From contig JAAOMT010000602.1 in the NCBI GenBank assembly GCA_016748015.1, positions 1,005,696-1,069,695 of the forward strand: a stretch of 64,000 bases of DNA, written 5' to 3'. This DNA is from Geosiphon pyriformis uo1 (Eukaryota; Fungi; Glomeromycota). The notes under the pieces are model-generated. The model did not search any database. It was not told the DNA's origin and saw nothing but the letters and a program-made list of their open reading frames with translations. The position numbers and the translations under genes were made by a program. Shown here piece by piece: positions 63,471 through 64,000 of this stretch. Numbering within the stretch: position 1 is the stretch's first letter; every line of letters starts with the position of its first letter.

Positions 63471-64000
63471 ACGTGTCTACTGCAAAGATATTGATAACAT
63501 TTCCTGGTGTATAATAGTATGATGAATTGATAGGTGATTCAACTCTGGTTTTCTTCCAAGTGGGTGGTTGTATCTTTTTGGATGTTATTACTGGTGTTTG
63601 CAATCTTCCTTTCTTTTTGTCTGCATAGGCGATGGGAAATTGTTATTGGATGTACCTTTTAATGGTTTGATTGATTTCCCTGATAATTGGTGCAAAACTG
63701 TAGTTTCTTAATAAACTGGTATGTTAAAATAACTTTGTATAAAGATTTTCTCTTGTGGATTCAATGTTAACTGTTCCTCCTAAGGAGTCTGTAATTTTAT
63801 TGTTGACATAAAAGTTGAAGACTGATTCTGCTGGAAAATGGTTATTGTTTAATCTTAGCTGTTGGCTGTACTGTTGAAACAGGGATTTGGCAAATCCTAG
63901 ATGGTTGGTTTCTATAATTTCTGGTTCTGCCACTTTTAGATAATTGTTGTTGGTGCTGGATCTCTGTAGGATTATACCTCACAGGAAGCACCAAATGTTA

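Larger units (their letters stand above)
37956..64000 (-). mobile_element. Family-A deletion derivative E (gag, protease, Cys domain, dUTPase stump; no RT, RNase H or integrase). Pieces: 37956-39791, 59697-62487, 63471-64000. The 5' LTR begins at 63996 and runs off the window
   Basis: 3' LTR 37956-38875; PPT 38876-38890; PBS TGGTGCTTCCTGTGAGG at ~63977-63993; gag 61364-61666; protease IKLILNSGSADSII at ~60535-60580. The reading GKWDNKSCLTCG/KQLLNEGMWNDIP is continuous across the B insertion. Confidence 0.9.

Noticed and set aside
1-64000. Alternative genetic code or an intact host gene
   Set aside because: Stops are TAA, TAG and TGA at positions varying between copies, which indicates mutation. 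Nearly every segment maps to a transposon.

Overview
This AT-rich eukaryotic window is made almost entirely of nested, decaying transposons, and no host gene is recognisable. From recalled resemblance (not a search), the proteins look like those of Glomeromycota fungi such as Geosiphon. Contents: (1) the end of a Tc1/mariner-type transposase pseudogene; (2) four to five copies of an APE-RT-RNase H LINE; (3) two related Ty3/Gypsy LTR families, called A and B here, plus an older relative C, in a four-level nest (A inside B inside an A-deletion derivative E inside an old A copy D); (4) solo LTRs and a non-autonomous mini-element. Every ORF is broken, mostly by C>T and G>A transitions. The A/B elements have an unusual layout: an AUG-less N-terminal Gag extension with a conserved GTG, then Gag, protease, an unrecognised Cys-rich domain, dUTPase, RT, RNase H, a conserved STOP, integrase with its own ATG and no chromodomain, and a conserved ~220-aa ORF3. 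All five insertions with both ends visible have a 4-bp target duplication whose centre is CG or a CpG-decay product. The best candidate for an undescribed system is therefore a CpG-targeting, dUTPase-carrying LTR retrotransposon lineage with a separately encoded integrase and accessory ORF. Coordinates in the most decayed regions (19440-25660, 32400-37950) are approximate.
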